From the human T2T-CHM13v2.0 reference genome, Homo sapiens: a DNA stretch of 64,000 nucleotides. The DNA is taken from the NCBI RefSeq assembly GCF_009914755.1, contig NC_060934.1; one strand, given 5' to 3'. The translations under genes and the position numbers were made by a program. This document shows, piece after piece, positions 12,961 to 26,000 of the stretch (the stretch's first letter is position 1; each line of letters starts with the position of its first letter). The notes under the pieces were generated by a model. The model did not search any database. It was not told where the DNA came from and saw nothing but the letters and a program-made list of their open reading frames with translations.

Positions 12961-15551
12961 AAAACCATAGAAATAATCAATAAGATTAAGAGTTGGCTTT
13001 TCGAAAAATAAACAAAATGGATCGAACTTTAGGTCGTCTGACTAAGAAAAAAGGAGAAAAGTCTCCATTAAATAACATAAAAAATGAAAATGCAGAAATT
13101 GCTATAGATACCTAAGAAATTTAAAAAGTTTATAAAGGACTATTATGAACAATTATATGCCAACTAATTGAATAAACTAGAGAAAGTAGATGAATATCTA
13201 GAAAAATACAACTTACCAAAATTTAGTCAGGACAAAATAGAAAGCCAGAAAAGATATAAAGAGATGAAAAAGTAATCACAACCTCTCCTCCCATCAATAA
13301 GAAAAATTCCAAGACCAGATGTGTTTACAGTAGAATGCTACAAAACATTCAAAAAATAATTACTAACAATAGTTTTTAAAACTTTTCCAGAAAATTGAGC
13401 TAGAAAAACACACTTTCAAATACATTTTGAGGTCAGCATCACCTTGATACCTCAGCCAGCCGAAGACATCACAGAAAACATAACTACCAGTAAATTTCTC
13501 CGATGAACATAGTTGTAAAAATCCTCAAGTAAACATTAGCAAGCTGAATCCAATAACACATCAAAAGTATTACACATCATGATCAAGTGGGATTTATCAT
13601 TGGCATGCAAGACTGGTTTGACATATGCAAATCATTATGAAAAAACACATTAGCAGAATTAATGATAAACACATATAGTCATCTTAATTGACACAGAAAT
13701 AGTATTAAATTCCAAGATCCTTTCTTGACAAAAACTCTCAACAGTTATTATATAAGAGAAGAGTTGCTCAACATAAACAAAGGCCATTTAAAAAAACCAG
13801 AGGTAACATTATAATCAGTGGAAACATACTGAAAACTTTTCCATAAAAATCTAGTACAAAGCAAGGATGCCCACTCTTGACACTTCTGGTCAATATAGTA
13901 CTGAAGTAATAGCACATGCAATCAGGCAAGTAAAATAAATAAAAGTGATCCAAATTAGAAAAGATAAAGTAAAATTATCTTTTTGCAAAGGACATGATCC
14001 TGTATGTAAAAAAAACCCGCAAAGACTCCATATAAAAACTGTTAGAAGTAATAAAAGAATTCAATAAAGTTGCAAGATACAAAATCATCATAAAAAATCA
14101 GTAGTATTTTCATACTCAAAGATGATCTAATTGAAATATAAATTTTTAAAATACCATTTACAGTAACATCCAAAAAATAAAATAAAATATCAAGAAATAA
14201 ATTTATCCAATGAGTTGAAAGATCTATGTACTAAAAATTTCAGAAAATTGATGCAAAAAATTGAAGAAAACAAAAATAAATGGAATAATATCTCATATTC
14301 TTAGATTGGAAGAATTAATATTGTTAAAATGTCCACACTACCCAAAGCAATGTACAGATTTAATTCAATCTCTATCAAAATATCAATGGCATTTTTCACA
14401 GAAATTGAAAAAAAATCCTACAATTTTTGTGAAATCTTAAAGACCTCAAAGAGCCAAAACAAGTGTGGGAAAGAGAAACAAAGTTGGTGGCATAGCCCTT
14501 CCAGATTTAAAACTGTATTTTAAAGTTACAGTAATCAAAGCAGTATGGTACTCACATAAAAACAGAAACATAGACCAGTGGAATAGAATAGAGAGCCCAG
14601 AAAGAAATTCAAACATATACAGTCAACTAATTTTTGACAAACACCTTAAGATAATGCAATGGGAACGTAATAGTCTCTTCAATAAATGGCACCTGTAAAA
14701 CTGGATTTCCACAGGCAGAAGAATGAAATTGGACCCTTTATTACACTAGTCACAAAAATCAATTTAAAACAGATAAAAGGCCTAAATGTAAGATCAGAAA
14801 TTATAACACTTCTGAAAGAAAACACAGAGAAAAAGCTCCTGGACATTGGCCTTGGTAATGATTTTTTGGATATTACAACAAAACCTCAAGCCAGAACAGC
14901 AAAAATGGCTGAATGGGACAACATCAAGCTAAAAAGCTTCTGCATAGCAAAGAAAATAATTAGCAAATGAAATGGCAGCATAGGGCTGGAAAAATATTTG
15001 CAAACCATATATCGGATAAGGAATTTATATCCAAAATGTACACAGAACTCATGGAATTCAATACTAGAAACACAAACAACATGATTATAAAATGAATAAA
15101 AGAACTGAATAGATATTTCTTCAAAGAAGACATTAAAATGGGTAACAGGTATATGAAAAGCCACTCAACATCATTAATCATCTAGGAAATGCAAATCAAA
15201 ACCACTATGAGATACAACCTCACATCTGTTAGGATGGCTATTATCAAAAAGTCAAAAGATAAATGATGGCAAGGGTGTGGAGAAGAGAGAACGAGAAAAC
15301 CCTTGTGTACTGTTGGCAGGAAGTAGATTGGTACAACTGTTAAGGAAAACAGTGTGGAGGTTTCCAAAGTAATTAAAAGTAGGACTACCACAGACACAGT
15401 AATCCCTTTTCTGGAAATACACCCAAAATAAATGAAATCACCACCTACTAAACATCTATACTTCCATATTGATTGTGTCATTATTTACAATAGCCAAGAT
15501 AGAGATATAACACAAATGTTCATTCAAAAACAAACTGATAAACTATGGTAC

Positions 15552-15716
15552 TGGTATATTTGCATTTTATTTATCAATGTAGTCACAAAGTCCTGCCTAG
15601 GTTCAAGAAGGAGGAAAATATTCTCTACCACTTGATGATGAGTGGCAAGGTTGTAAAAGAGCATTTGAGACTGGAAACATTGCTGTGCCTATTTTTAGAA
15701 AACATGATCTGTCACA
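15552..15716 (-). mobile_element. Old MaLR LTR fragment (MLT1H/I-like)
   Basis: gagtggcaaggttgtaaaagagcatttgagactggaaacattgctgtgcctatttttagaaaacatgatctgtcaca. Confidence 0.55.
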
Positions 15717-15757
15717 ACAATAAAATGAGACATAACTACAGATAAAATAGAGATGCA

Positions 15758-15837
15758 TTAGGTTGGTGCAACCTACCTAGTATATTAGGTTTTTACTTTT
15801 AATAATGAAAACCACAATTATTTTTGCATCAACCTAA
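15758..15837. mobile_element. MADE1 (Hsmar1-derived MITE), left arm rearranged
   Basis: TIRs ttaggttggtgcaa ... aaaaccacaattatttttgcatcaacctaa, 80 bp. Confidence 0.85.
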
Positions 15838-15839
15838 CA

Positions 15840-16745
15840 GAAAACCAAAGAAAATACTAAAATACAATGTCATTAAATTTGAAAACTGAAATGAAGTAGA
15901 TAATTTTCTATATTATTTACCAAAATTTATTTAACATATAAAACCTAGAGTAAACCAGTAACCATTAAATAAATTAAATCTGAAATCAAATTTTTCTCTT
16001 TGAGAAATACTGAGCCAGAATTTTGTGTTATTGTTTTACACTTTAGCATGAATATGATTTTTATTTAGATTTTTTTCTTTGAAAAACACAGGGAAAAATA
16101 TAAAAAAGAAACTAAAAATTACCTATAATACCACCATTTATTGAGGTATTTACAATAAAACTGAAAACGCTACCGAGCTACATTTACTTATCAAATCCCA
16201 TCCCTTAGAAGAACCACCATGAATCACTGGCTTACATTCTTCCAAAGTTCCCATTAGATTATCTTTGAAATCGTCAAGTTTGTCAGTTTTTTCTGCTACA
16301 AACAATTTCGTTCTCCTCCACAGTATTTTATTTTTTTCATACAAATATTTTACTTGTTCAGAGATGAGAGTCATAGCTGCCAGATGATTTTAAATCATAA
16401 AATTAAAATTGTAACATTACATAGTAAGTGTAATATTGGATGTTAAATGCATGCTCCCCAAAACTGTGGTTCTGTGAGCCAGAATCTTATAGATAATTTT
16501 TACCAAACTTTCAAAAGATAGCTAATCCTTACTTTACTCAAGTGAATTCAGAGGATAGAAAAAAATTACTCAATCCTTTCAAAAGGCTACTCTAACCTTT
16601 ATATCAAAGACAAAAATAACTATACCATATTATAAAATTACTGAAAATAATTAATAAAATATTATCAAATTGAATTTTGTAGGATTTATCCTTGGAATCC
16701 AAGGATGGTATTGAAAAAAATCCACCATGGTTAAGATATCAATAA
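15840..16745. mobile_element. Very old L1M fragments (ORF2 on +, probable L1ME-type piece on -)
   Basis: aaatttgaaaactgaaatgaagtagataattttcta...; tttaccaaactttcaaaagatagctaatcct; ggatttatccttggaatccaaggatggt. Confidence 0.5.
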
Positions 16746-16764
16746 AAAAGAAAAAAAAATGAGG

Positions 16765-17216
16765 AAACTGTGATAAATTATAGGTAATAAAATATTATTC
16801 CCTAAAAAAGAATAAGATTTTGCCACTTACTACAACATGGAGCGCCTGATGAATATTATGCTAAGTGAAATAAGCCAGACACAGAAAAAAATATATTACA
16901 TGATCTCGTTTATATGTGGAATCTAAAAAAAAGTTAAAAGGATACAAAGTAGCAGATATATAGGAAGAACAAGTTTGGTGCTCTAATGTGTAACATTATG
17001 ACTTTAGGTAAAAAAATTGTATTGTATATGGGACTTATGCTAAAGGAATAGGTTTTAGCTGCTCTTTCCACAAAAGCAAAAACAAAAATGAGTAACTCTG
17101 AGGGGATGGATATGTTAATTAGCTTCACTCTATTAACCTTCTTACTGTCGATATGTATCCCATAACATCATGTTGTATACCTTAAATATACACAATAAAA
17201 TTTATTGGAAAAAAAC
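16765..17216 (+). mobile_element. L1MA7/8-like 3'UTR, probably the 3' end of the 7.7-kb L1
   Basis: attatgctaagtgaaataagccagacacagaaa...gatatgtatcccataacatcatgttgtataccttaaatatacacaataaaattt. Confidence 0.8.
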
Positions 17217-17550
17217 TTATGATTTTTCTCAAACAGCCAAGAAAGAGTAATTTATACACACTCTATTATAATGTTGTTCATTAGTATTATTGATTTTAAA
17301 TTTGGTAACTGAACTGTGATAATTATGGACTAATCAAAGGATCTTATTCAGTGATTAGGCCAAGTACCAAAGAGTTTATCTATTTTAATGGTTATTGATT
17401 AAGACATACATTTGTATATATGGTGAAAATTCAAAATTATGACTTTAGATTTTTTTTGGCCGCTGTGCCTTTTTGGTCTTGTATGAATACACAGTAGAGC
17501 TATTGGTAGATAACCTAATTAATCCGTCTCATACCTCAATATCAATATCT

Positions 17551-17551
17551 C

Positions 17552-17583
<32 letters not shown>

Positions 17584-17584
17584 A
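17551..17584. repeat. (CA)n microsatellite
   Basis: (CA)13 plus an imperfect extension. Confidence 0.95.
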
Positions 17585-18507
17585 TAATGCAAACAGCAGA
17601 GATTTATTTATTGAACATTTCAGGTGTTCTCACATTGGAATTAATTAGCATTTTTAGGAGGAAATATGAGTTTCAATGGTATTTTATAATATTTAAACAC
17701 TCTGTCAAAAGAGTCAAATCTCTCAAGTTTTGAATTGATGAGAATCAAGAATAAATATGTACTCTTATACCTCCATATATATACTCTACACTGCCTCTGC
17801 ACAAAACTCCCAATTCAGATGTTGCAAACAACCAGTTGTTGAACTTAATACATTGAAGAAATGTGCATTAATTTATTTTAAACGCTATCCTATGTGTGAG
17901 TAGAAGAGTGTAAAGAAGGATATGAACAAGAAATCAGCAACCATTTGCCAGAAACTAGACCTTAAGTCAATGCACCTAAAACATTTAGTCTGGTTTCTAT
18001 GTAACTGATATGTAAAGAAGAGGGAATAGGAAGAGAGCACAATGCTTCTACTCAAATTGTGGGCTCGCCAATGTTACAGAATAAGTCCTACTTCTCTTTT
18101 CTCCTCAGAGACAGACTTAAGAAAGAGTCAGCAGAGGTATTCAAAAGGGCTCACGTTTCTATTTCGGCCCCGCAAAATCTATACAATCAACTGCTTCTCT
18201 TGTGTTGTATTTGAATGTCGCCTCAAAAATTCCTTTGTGATTTTGATCCCATTAGAATCCGTGTTTATTTTCTTGAAAGTAAATAAAATTTACATCAAAT
18301 GGAATATCAGAATATTATTAATTTCACTGAATCAATCAACAAATTGATAATAATTTAATTTATTCCATTGTTACATGTCCTAGAAAGATTTTTAAAGGTC
18401 ACGCTTACCACATTATAAATGATATCTATGGTACCTGGTAAGAATAAGAAACATGTTTAAAGATCACTAGAGCTCAGGTTTTTAGATGTTTATTCTTGCA
18501 ATATTTC

Positions 18508-18595
18508 TTTTTTTATTATTATTATACTTTAAGGTCTGGGGTAATGTGCACAATGTGCAGGTTTGCTACATAGGATGACTGGTGCAGCAAATCAA
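18508..18595 (-). mobile_element. 88-bp L1PA 3' tip with a 5' inversion and 17-bp TSD
   Basis: TSD tattcttgcaatatttc at 18491-18507 and 18596-18612; T-rich tail then tatactttaaggtctggggta...gtttgctacatagg (minus), then atgactggtgcagcaaatcaa (plus). Confidence 0.85.
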
Positions 18596-21500
18596 TATTC
18601 TTGCAATATTTCGAATGCACTATACTTTCTTACAGAATGAATGTTTAATTTCATAACTTGTTTATTTGACACCATAATTCAACCAAATCATATGACAAAG
18701 AAAAAACATTTAGATTTGACAAAAGTGATCTTCAGCAAAGCCAAGAATGAATTTACTCTACTGCTACATCATTACTTAGTAATAAAACTGAGCATTTTTC
18801 ACTTATTTTAGGATTTTCCAGTATCTTGTTATGGAATACATGTGGGGCTCTTCTGTTATGCCAAAATGTTAAGGATAATTATTTTTCTCAGCATCTTAAA
18901 ATTAATTGCCAGCAAACTTCATTTATTACCTCCTTCTAACCCTCACTAATTGTTTGGCCATGGAGAAAAATGCAACACAGCTGACAGATTGACACTGTAG
19001 TTGTAGAAGCATATGAAGATTCACATCTGGGAACTTTATGATTGTCAATAATTTCTTCCTCTAATCAACGTATATTTAACTTTCCACTAATGACATAATT
19101 ACTGACTAAGTCTATTTGGGATATACAATAATTTAAGTCAGCTGCTAGACTTCTAGAAGCCTTCATTTTAGAAAATCACGTCAAGCCATGTTCTTGAATT
19201 AGTACAAAAAAAGACAATTGAAGTTGTATGTTATCTGGCTGATAACAAAAGGTATTTCAGAAATTTAGAGCTATTTTGGGGGTATCTTTTTCACTTCAGA
19301 GGAATAAAAGAACATTGAAAATGCAGGGATGAAAGTTTTTCTACATATGTATGATTGTATTAAGCAAAGGTGAATAGAGAAGACATTTTAGAAACATACG
19401 AAGATAAGTGCTAGGTGCAATATCAGCAAAGTATCTTAGGATACTACAAACAGTACACTAGGGCCAGATGAGAGTATAAGTTTTGAAGAGTAGGAAAAAA
19501 TAGACTAAATACAGATTGCTTTCTTAGGTAGCATTAAGGAACGCTTATGAAATGCTTTTGAGCAGGGAAATAGTAAAGTCACTGATGCTCTACTAAGTAA
19601 AGTACTTACTAGCAAAATGACATGAAGTAGAGACATATCTTGAGACTAAAAATGATCATTATTAGGAAAAATAAATGTTATGTTTGATTCAGTATTTATC
19701 TTGCCCTTAATTATTTATTAAAGGAAAATTATGATGAAATACAAATATAAAGCTTCTATGAACTTTTTTTAAATTTGAAGTTGAGACACGCACATGAATG
19801 AAATAAAAAGCCCTTAAGTTTGTCTCCCAGTGGTTATTACCCAGATTTTCTTATTTATAGGTGTACATATTGATATAATTTTCTTCCTTGCTGAAAATAG
19901 ATGGCTACTACCTTCCAAAAATGTGCCCTTTATTATTTTGAGTTAAGAAGTTATAATACATTGTACCTTTTTATTTGTAATCATTGTATTACACATCAGA
20001 TGTATAAATTCTCCTTCAAAATCTAATATCTAAAGATGGTAAAAAAATAACCAAAAATGGGTTATTTGCTTGTTATATATTTTCAACCACTGAAAACATG
20101 ATTTTTCAAACATTAATCATACTCCAAGATCATACTTTCTAAACATGTTATTACGGAATAAGATCCAAAGTTAATTACAAATAAACACATCATGATCAAA
20201 TGCTTTCTATTACTTTATTACTTCCAAGAAACAGATGAGGAAATATAAAATATGTTGTATATGATCTCTTACCTAACTTTTATAGACAATTTGAAGCTAA
20301 AAAATTATTTCTGAGAATAAACATGGAGATGTCTTCAGTAATTCCAAAGGCGAGCAGCAGTTCAAATTTAAAGAGGACCTGGGACTTTTGATTGTCTAGG
20401 GCTTTTAGACACTAGAAAACCTATTCCATATAAATTGGATTATAACAGGTTTGTGGCAAACCAAAACGAAAATAAGTCAAGAGGAATGTTTTCAAGATAA
20501 AGAGTTTATCCTTTAGGCTTTTGTTGTATGTGACTTCCCAGCATAACCTTTTGTGCCTCATTGAAGTTTTAATTTGCCTAAAGTAATATCAAAAAGTGTA
20601 TTACTTTTATTACTACCTTCCTTTTTATGGTGATGAAGATGTTTTTGATGATTCCTTGATTTAGTAATTGGAAGCATAATTTCATGTGAAATGTAAATTG
20701 CTACTCTCACATAAATATACATATATCAGATTTATCCAGGATTCATATCACTTCAGAGAAGAAAGAGACAGCACAGGGTAAACGAATGAGGAGAAATGGT
20801 AATTTACCAATCAATTAACTTGGGCACATTTTTTTCATACTTATGTGAGCTCATTTTATTCCATAAATAGTTTATCAGTAATGCATTTTCTTAATTCATT
20901 TTTGCAATGGAATATAATATAATTCCATTGTGGAAAATTTGGAAATCAAAAATAAGCACAAGGAAAAAAATAAAAATAATCTACCAAGTTAACATTTAGA
21001 TATATCCACTATAAAAATTGGTTTATTGCCAACTCACATATGTATGTGTATTTTGAAAGTAATTCCATCAGTATAAGGAGAAGAAAATAAAATCCCAAGA
21101 TCTTTGGTGTCATGGGGTGGCACACATCAGAATAGGAAGAAGCTCTGTTTCACAAGAGAGGAAAAGAATTGGGAACTTTACAAGCCATCTGGAGGAAGGA
21201 GTGGTAAGTAAGTTTAGAGAGGGAAAGAAGAAAGAGAATTTCTTGGTAATATTTTAATGTTAATCTTATTGAAAATGAAAAGCAGGCTAACATTCAAAAT
21301 AATGTCAACATGATGCCAAACAACATCGGGGGAAGGGAATCCTGGAGTCTGAGGTGGCCCTAAAAATGCATGCCCTCTGATAATGACTGACATTGTAGAG
21401 GGGGTACTTTGCACATGCCCATAGGTACATATTTGATACTTTAGGTATATCCATCAACTATGTATTCCCAGTCTACCAAATTACTGACCTGGGATTATAA

Positions 21501-24288
21501 ATATTGCAAAATTTTCTTTATTATGGTTTTACATCATTAATTGTGGAGAATTTTCCCTTTGCTTTACCACACCCCCATCTAATATTGAGTATTCTCCAAT
21601 GTAGTATTTCAGGTACATTCTGGAGCAAGTCTACTTTAGCCTGTCTTGTTGCCCAAGTCTTTGCTCTTCTGTCAATAACTTCTGTCCTACAACTTCTCAG
21701 ATGGCTATTTTGCGACAGAGTTGTTTTCCAGTAAAGACCCTACTCCAGCCTCAGGTAGGGCACTCTCCCCTCAGAATTACAGAGAGCACGACTAAAAATG
21801 ATAGTGATTGTTAACAAGATTAATTGAGAGTGTAGTACTAAGAGAAAGAAAATGCTCAAAGGAATTCAAAACTGCTACCTACACTGAGAGGCCTTGAAAC
21901 CTAATAGGACTTCAGAGCACTTCTGTCATTAGGGTACTTCACCATTCTGAGTGCTTATAGCAACCCTCACAGATTGGATTCTCTTGGCAGTATAATACCT
22001 CAGAATCTAGGCCCAATCAAAATGTTCTGGAAAGAAATCTGTATGCTTATGTGTCCCAGAGTACTTGCCAATACAAATACATATTCCCCTCTGAGGCAAC
22101 TCCCATCAGTATTTCTTTATCTCCCTGGATTAGAAGAAATAATTTTTTCTTAATAGTCTTAAACAGGTTGACGTACAAGACATGGTCAATTTAGTTAGTC
22201 CAGACAACACTGGATATGCCAATCTGGTGCCTCATGATATTTACTCCAATGTGACAAGGAGAAAAATGCGAGGCCCTTATCTCCCTCTTATCCTAGGACA
22301 GTCTCAGCTTCAGAACTTCTGTAAAGACACACTTTGATGAGAATATTAACACAATCACACACACACAAGTTCACATCACACACACAATCGTCTAAGAATG
22401 AAGGAGAATTTACAGGCAAAATCCATGGAAAGGAAGCACAGAATGGGTGATAAAATTCTAAGTTTGCAAAGTCACAATTCTACTTATATATATTTATATA
22501 ATGTGTTTTATTAAAGAGATGATACAAAACATACATTTTACATTTGTAATTTTCCCCACACAATTGAATTCACACAGATGTGTGTGGAAGAATTGGCATT
22601 ATATTTTCATGATAAAAGAGGTTCAATTTCAAGGTGGGCCATCTCTAAGCATAGAAAAAGTGATGCAACTTCTCATAAATTAATAATTAATAAATTACAT
22701 TTTTTTGTTTTTCACTACCATGCATCACAATGCAAAAATTTCTTTGCCATTAAGTATTTTACCTTTAATGAATGTAGAGCACATGGGTCCTTTTATTCAG
22801 CATTTTCCATCCAGTTTAAACATTGTGAACAACTTCTTAATTTGTCCCAGTGATGCAAAACCAATTCTAAGTTAAGTCCCTAGCCTTAAATTTGTTCTTT
22901 GTCAAATGATCAAGAAGGAATTAAGTGCTTTGGCTGAAGCTATCTTGCTGGTAGTGGAGCTTTATGTGTTGCAGTGGGAGCTTTACAATGCCTGAGCCTT
23001 CATTTTTCTCCTGAATTGATAATTTCCTTTGGAGGGTAAGTCAACATCCCAGGTAAATGCCAATGGATGAACTGAATACAAATGATGTCACTGAGATAAA
23101 AATTACCCACTCAAATCTGGGCAAGCATAAGACCTAGTAATCAGAATTTGACTCTTGATAGTCATGCCCTGAAGCAATATGCTGGTATATTGTTTACAAA
23201 TTGTGAATCACATTGCAATATAAAAACTTGTAAAATATTATATATTCATTTTTGTCTTTTAAGAGATAAACATTGCATTATTCTGTAATTTAAATATGAT
23301 CCATATAATAATATCTTGAAGATCTTTAAGCCTTTATGAAAACTCAAATACTTATTAAAGTTTTAAACATTTAATTCAGCATAATGTGTTATAAGAAAAA
23401 ATAGAGCTCCTATTTTAACCCATAATCTAACATACATAGTTTATCACTCACATTTAAATAAATTTCATCTGTTATTTATTATGCTTATTTTATGTAATGT
23501 GCTAGGCTATCAGCTTAACATAATTTATTTTTTACTATGTTAACTTAGCCAAAATACATATGCTGCTTGTAATACTGGACCAATCATTCTCTAACATGTC
23601 TGAGTTAATCAGTAAATAGACTGTAATTCAATTTTAATTTGAGACCTGGACATGTAATTTATCATTTGATATCCATTTATACTTCATTATCTAAACATTA
23701 TATCCTATAAATGTGGCATTCTTCCCCCTGTTATATACCTGAAATACGATATTAAAAGACATATTTCTTTTATGGATGCCAGTTACATGATATAAGTGCC
23801 TGTGCATGAGGGAGGCCCACTAAGTAAATTCATATAAAAAAGGTAATTTATCTAATCTTTTGTAACCATTTCAATTTACTTTCTTAAAATGAAAAATATT
23901 ATATTGTAAACATATACACACACATACACATAACACACTCACACAACTATGGTACAACTCAGTCCTAATATTAAAGAGATTATAGCTGTCATTATCTTAA
24001 CTTCGATAAACTGGTCATTATTGTGTAGGCAACTTCCAGTTCTGTGGAGAATTTCTACATGCATTGAGCAAGGAAGTAGATAAGAATTATACTTTTAGAA
24101 ATATGTTTTTGTCCTATGAGGGTGGCATATAAACAACTAAAGAGGGATAATTAAGAAATTATCACACGAGTAGAAGTGTAGGAGGAAAGGTGGGGTCTGC
24201 TAGCACCTTAATGATAGAAAAAGAGAGCTACGAACTGTTATCCTTGTTATTTCTCCTCTTGAAACTCAAGCTAATGGATTGTAAAGGA

Positions 24289-25155
24289 AGCAGTGTAGAA
24301 TGTTGGTTAAGTCAGTAGAGTCAATTTGCTGAGATACAAAACCTGGCTTCACCTTTCATGATGCGAGTGACCTTGAGACCTTTCCTTAATTTCTATTAGT
24401 CTAACTCTATGTCTTCCACTTTGAAAATGGAGATTAAAAAGTTATTTACTCTTAGGACTACTAAGACGACTATATAAATGCCTATTATTATATGTAAATA
24501 GCACAGCAACAGATGACAAAGCAGAAATTCCACTGGTCAAAATAAACAGGCAAGTAAGATTTGCTAAAATCTATTGCAGTAGGGGAGAAAGGGCAGAATG
24601 GAGTCTGAACTTAACTCCACTGAAACAAATAGTGGAGTATATTTAAGAGCCTGAATCAGAAGGATCATAGGCCATCTGTATTTCCTAATTAGCTTTACCC
24701 AAAGGAAAAGTAAACTTCCTTTTAACGTTGTAACTGGATGTAGTTTGTACACCTTGAAGGCAGGAATCCACTGAAGTTTGGCCCTTACCCTCTCACAGAG
24801 ACTGGGAAACAGGAGTGCTAGCTTTCTTAATGGTTACATTTCAAAAGGATCATTCACAGGTCCTTGAGAAAGACAGGTCTGAGTTGTAACATTAGCAAGA
24901 GGCATTTAAAAAGATTTATATCTCAAAGGAGCAGAGAAACAATTTACAAGTTTTCTATAGTAAATGCTCTAAGCAAAGGGACCTCATTGGTTAGACCAGC
25001 TATAAAAACAGAAGTGAAAGAGAGGTCAGGGCAGAAGCCTGTCTAAATCTTTAACATTTTTCTTAGCCAAGAGAATTGTTAAAGCTCTCTTGCTCACAAG
25101 TAATTAGCAGGCACCTGATAAATGTAGATTGTTATGATTGTTACTATTGTTAATA
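24289..25155 (+). mobile_element. MIR split by an LTR
   Basis: MIR core gagtgaccttgagacc...ccttaatttct...tttgaaaatggagatta; tail ataaatgtagattgttatgatt after the LTR. Confidence 0.6.
24514..25096 (-). mobile_element. ERV1-class solo LTR (MER67-like)
   Basis: TG...CA ends; motifs acatttcaaaag...ggtccttgagaaagaca, catctcaaaggagcagagaaa-like and agaagcctgtctaaa. Confidence 0.65.
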
Positions 25156-25347
25156 CTAGGTGTTGTTGATATTAATACTGGTATCAATAATAAGAAAACG
25201 AGGCCTTTATGTGGCATATTATTTCTGGAATATAAATTGATTTATCAGATTTGTTTCTATCTATACACCTGAATCTTTTACATGAAGGTCTCTTCTATCA
25301 GTCAAAGTTCTAAATTGTATTAATCCTTGAAAATGAAGCTTAACTAC

Positions 25348-25728
25348 TACTATGTACTGGACTGCATTCCTTCAAAATTCACATGTTAAACCGAAGGCTC
25401 CCAGTGTGATGTATTTAGTGATGGGCCACTTTGGGAGGTAATCTGGTGTAAATGAAAACATGGGATTGGAAATATTTTCACATGGGATTACTTCTCTTAG
25501 AAGAAGAGAAAGCAAACACATTGCTCACTTCATCTCTCTATGCCATATGAGTACATAGCAAGGAGGTGACAGTCTCCAGTCCAGGAAGAGGAAACATACA
25601 AAACGAGATCATGCTGGCATCCTGATTTCTAATTTCCAGGCTTCAAAACAGTAATACAATAAATTTATGCTGTTTATGCCATACAGTCTGGTATATTTTT
25701 TTTATGGCAGCTGAAGCAAACTAATACA
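25348..25728 (+). mobile_element. MaLR solo LTR (MLT1A0-like)
   Basis: tactatg...caaaattcacatgttaaa ... ttatggcagctgaagcaaactaataca; perfect 5-bp TSD actac. Confidence 0.85.
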
Positions 25729-25829
25729 ACTACCAATTCTTGCAAAGCCTTTTCCAATCTTCTCAAATATAAACCAAATACTATTAATGCTGTTAATGGC
25801 ATTGTTATAAGAATCAGTAAAAACAATGG

Positions 25830-26000
25830 TAAAGACTAGCACTTACTAAGTACTCACTATGTCCATACCAGGCACTGTTTTAAGCACTTTGTAGCCACTC
25901 CTTATTTAATCCTTACAATAACTCCCAGCTCTATGTGATGAGTATTCTTATTATGTCCAAACTGCAATTTAGAAACAGAGGTACGAAGTAGTTTAGCAAT
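25830..26000 (-). mobile_element. MIR
   Basis: cacttactaagtactcactatgt...ccaggcactgttttaagcacttt...tttaatccttacaataac...agaaacagagg. Confidence 0.7.

Larger units (their letters stand above)
7724..15550 (+). mobile_element. Near full-length, degenerate old L1 (L1MA7/8-like): 5'UTR, ORF1, ORF2
   Basis: 5' end ggaatcagcaagatggtcgagtag (YY1-like); GC-richer 5'UTR to about 9590; ORF1 and ORF2 homology (track fragments [44 protein letters not shown]). Confidence 0.9.
11005..15550 (+). pseudogene. Decayed L1 ORF2 (endonuclease/RT) of the host L1, interrupted by inserts
   Basis: EN start aatataaatggaatgaattctccaatcaaa, tgcttaccagagactcactt (CLxETH), RT caaggatgcccactct and ttgcaaaggacatgatcctgtat; many stops. 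Confidence 0.85.

Noticed and set aside
14329-14970. Overlapping ORFs with clear RT-associated protein similarity
   Set aside because: Frameshifted remnants of L1 ORF2, not a host gene or an active element
22975-23041. Possible 61-nt exon (ttgcag ... gg|gtaagt)
   Set aside because: Weak polypyrimidine tract and not frame-preserving; GTAAGT occurs several times by chance in 64 kb
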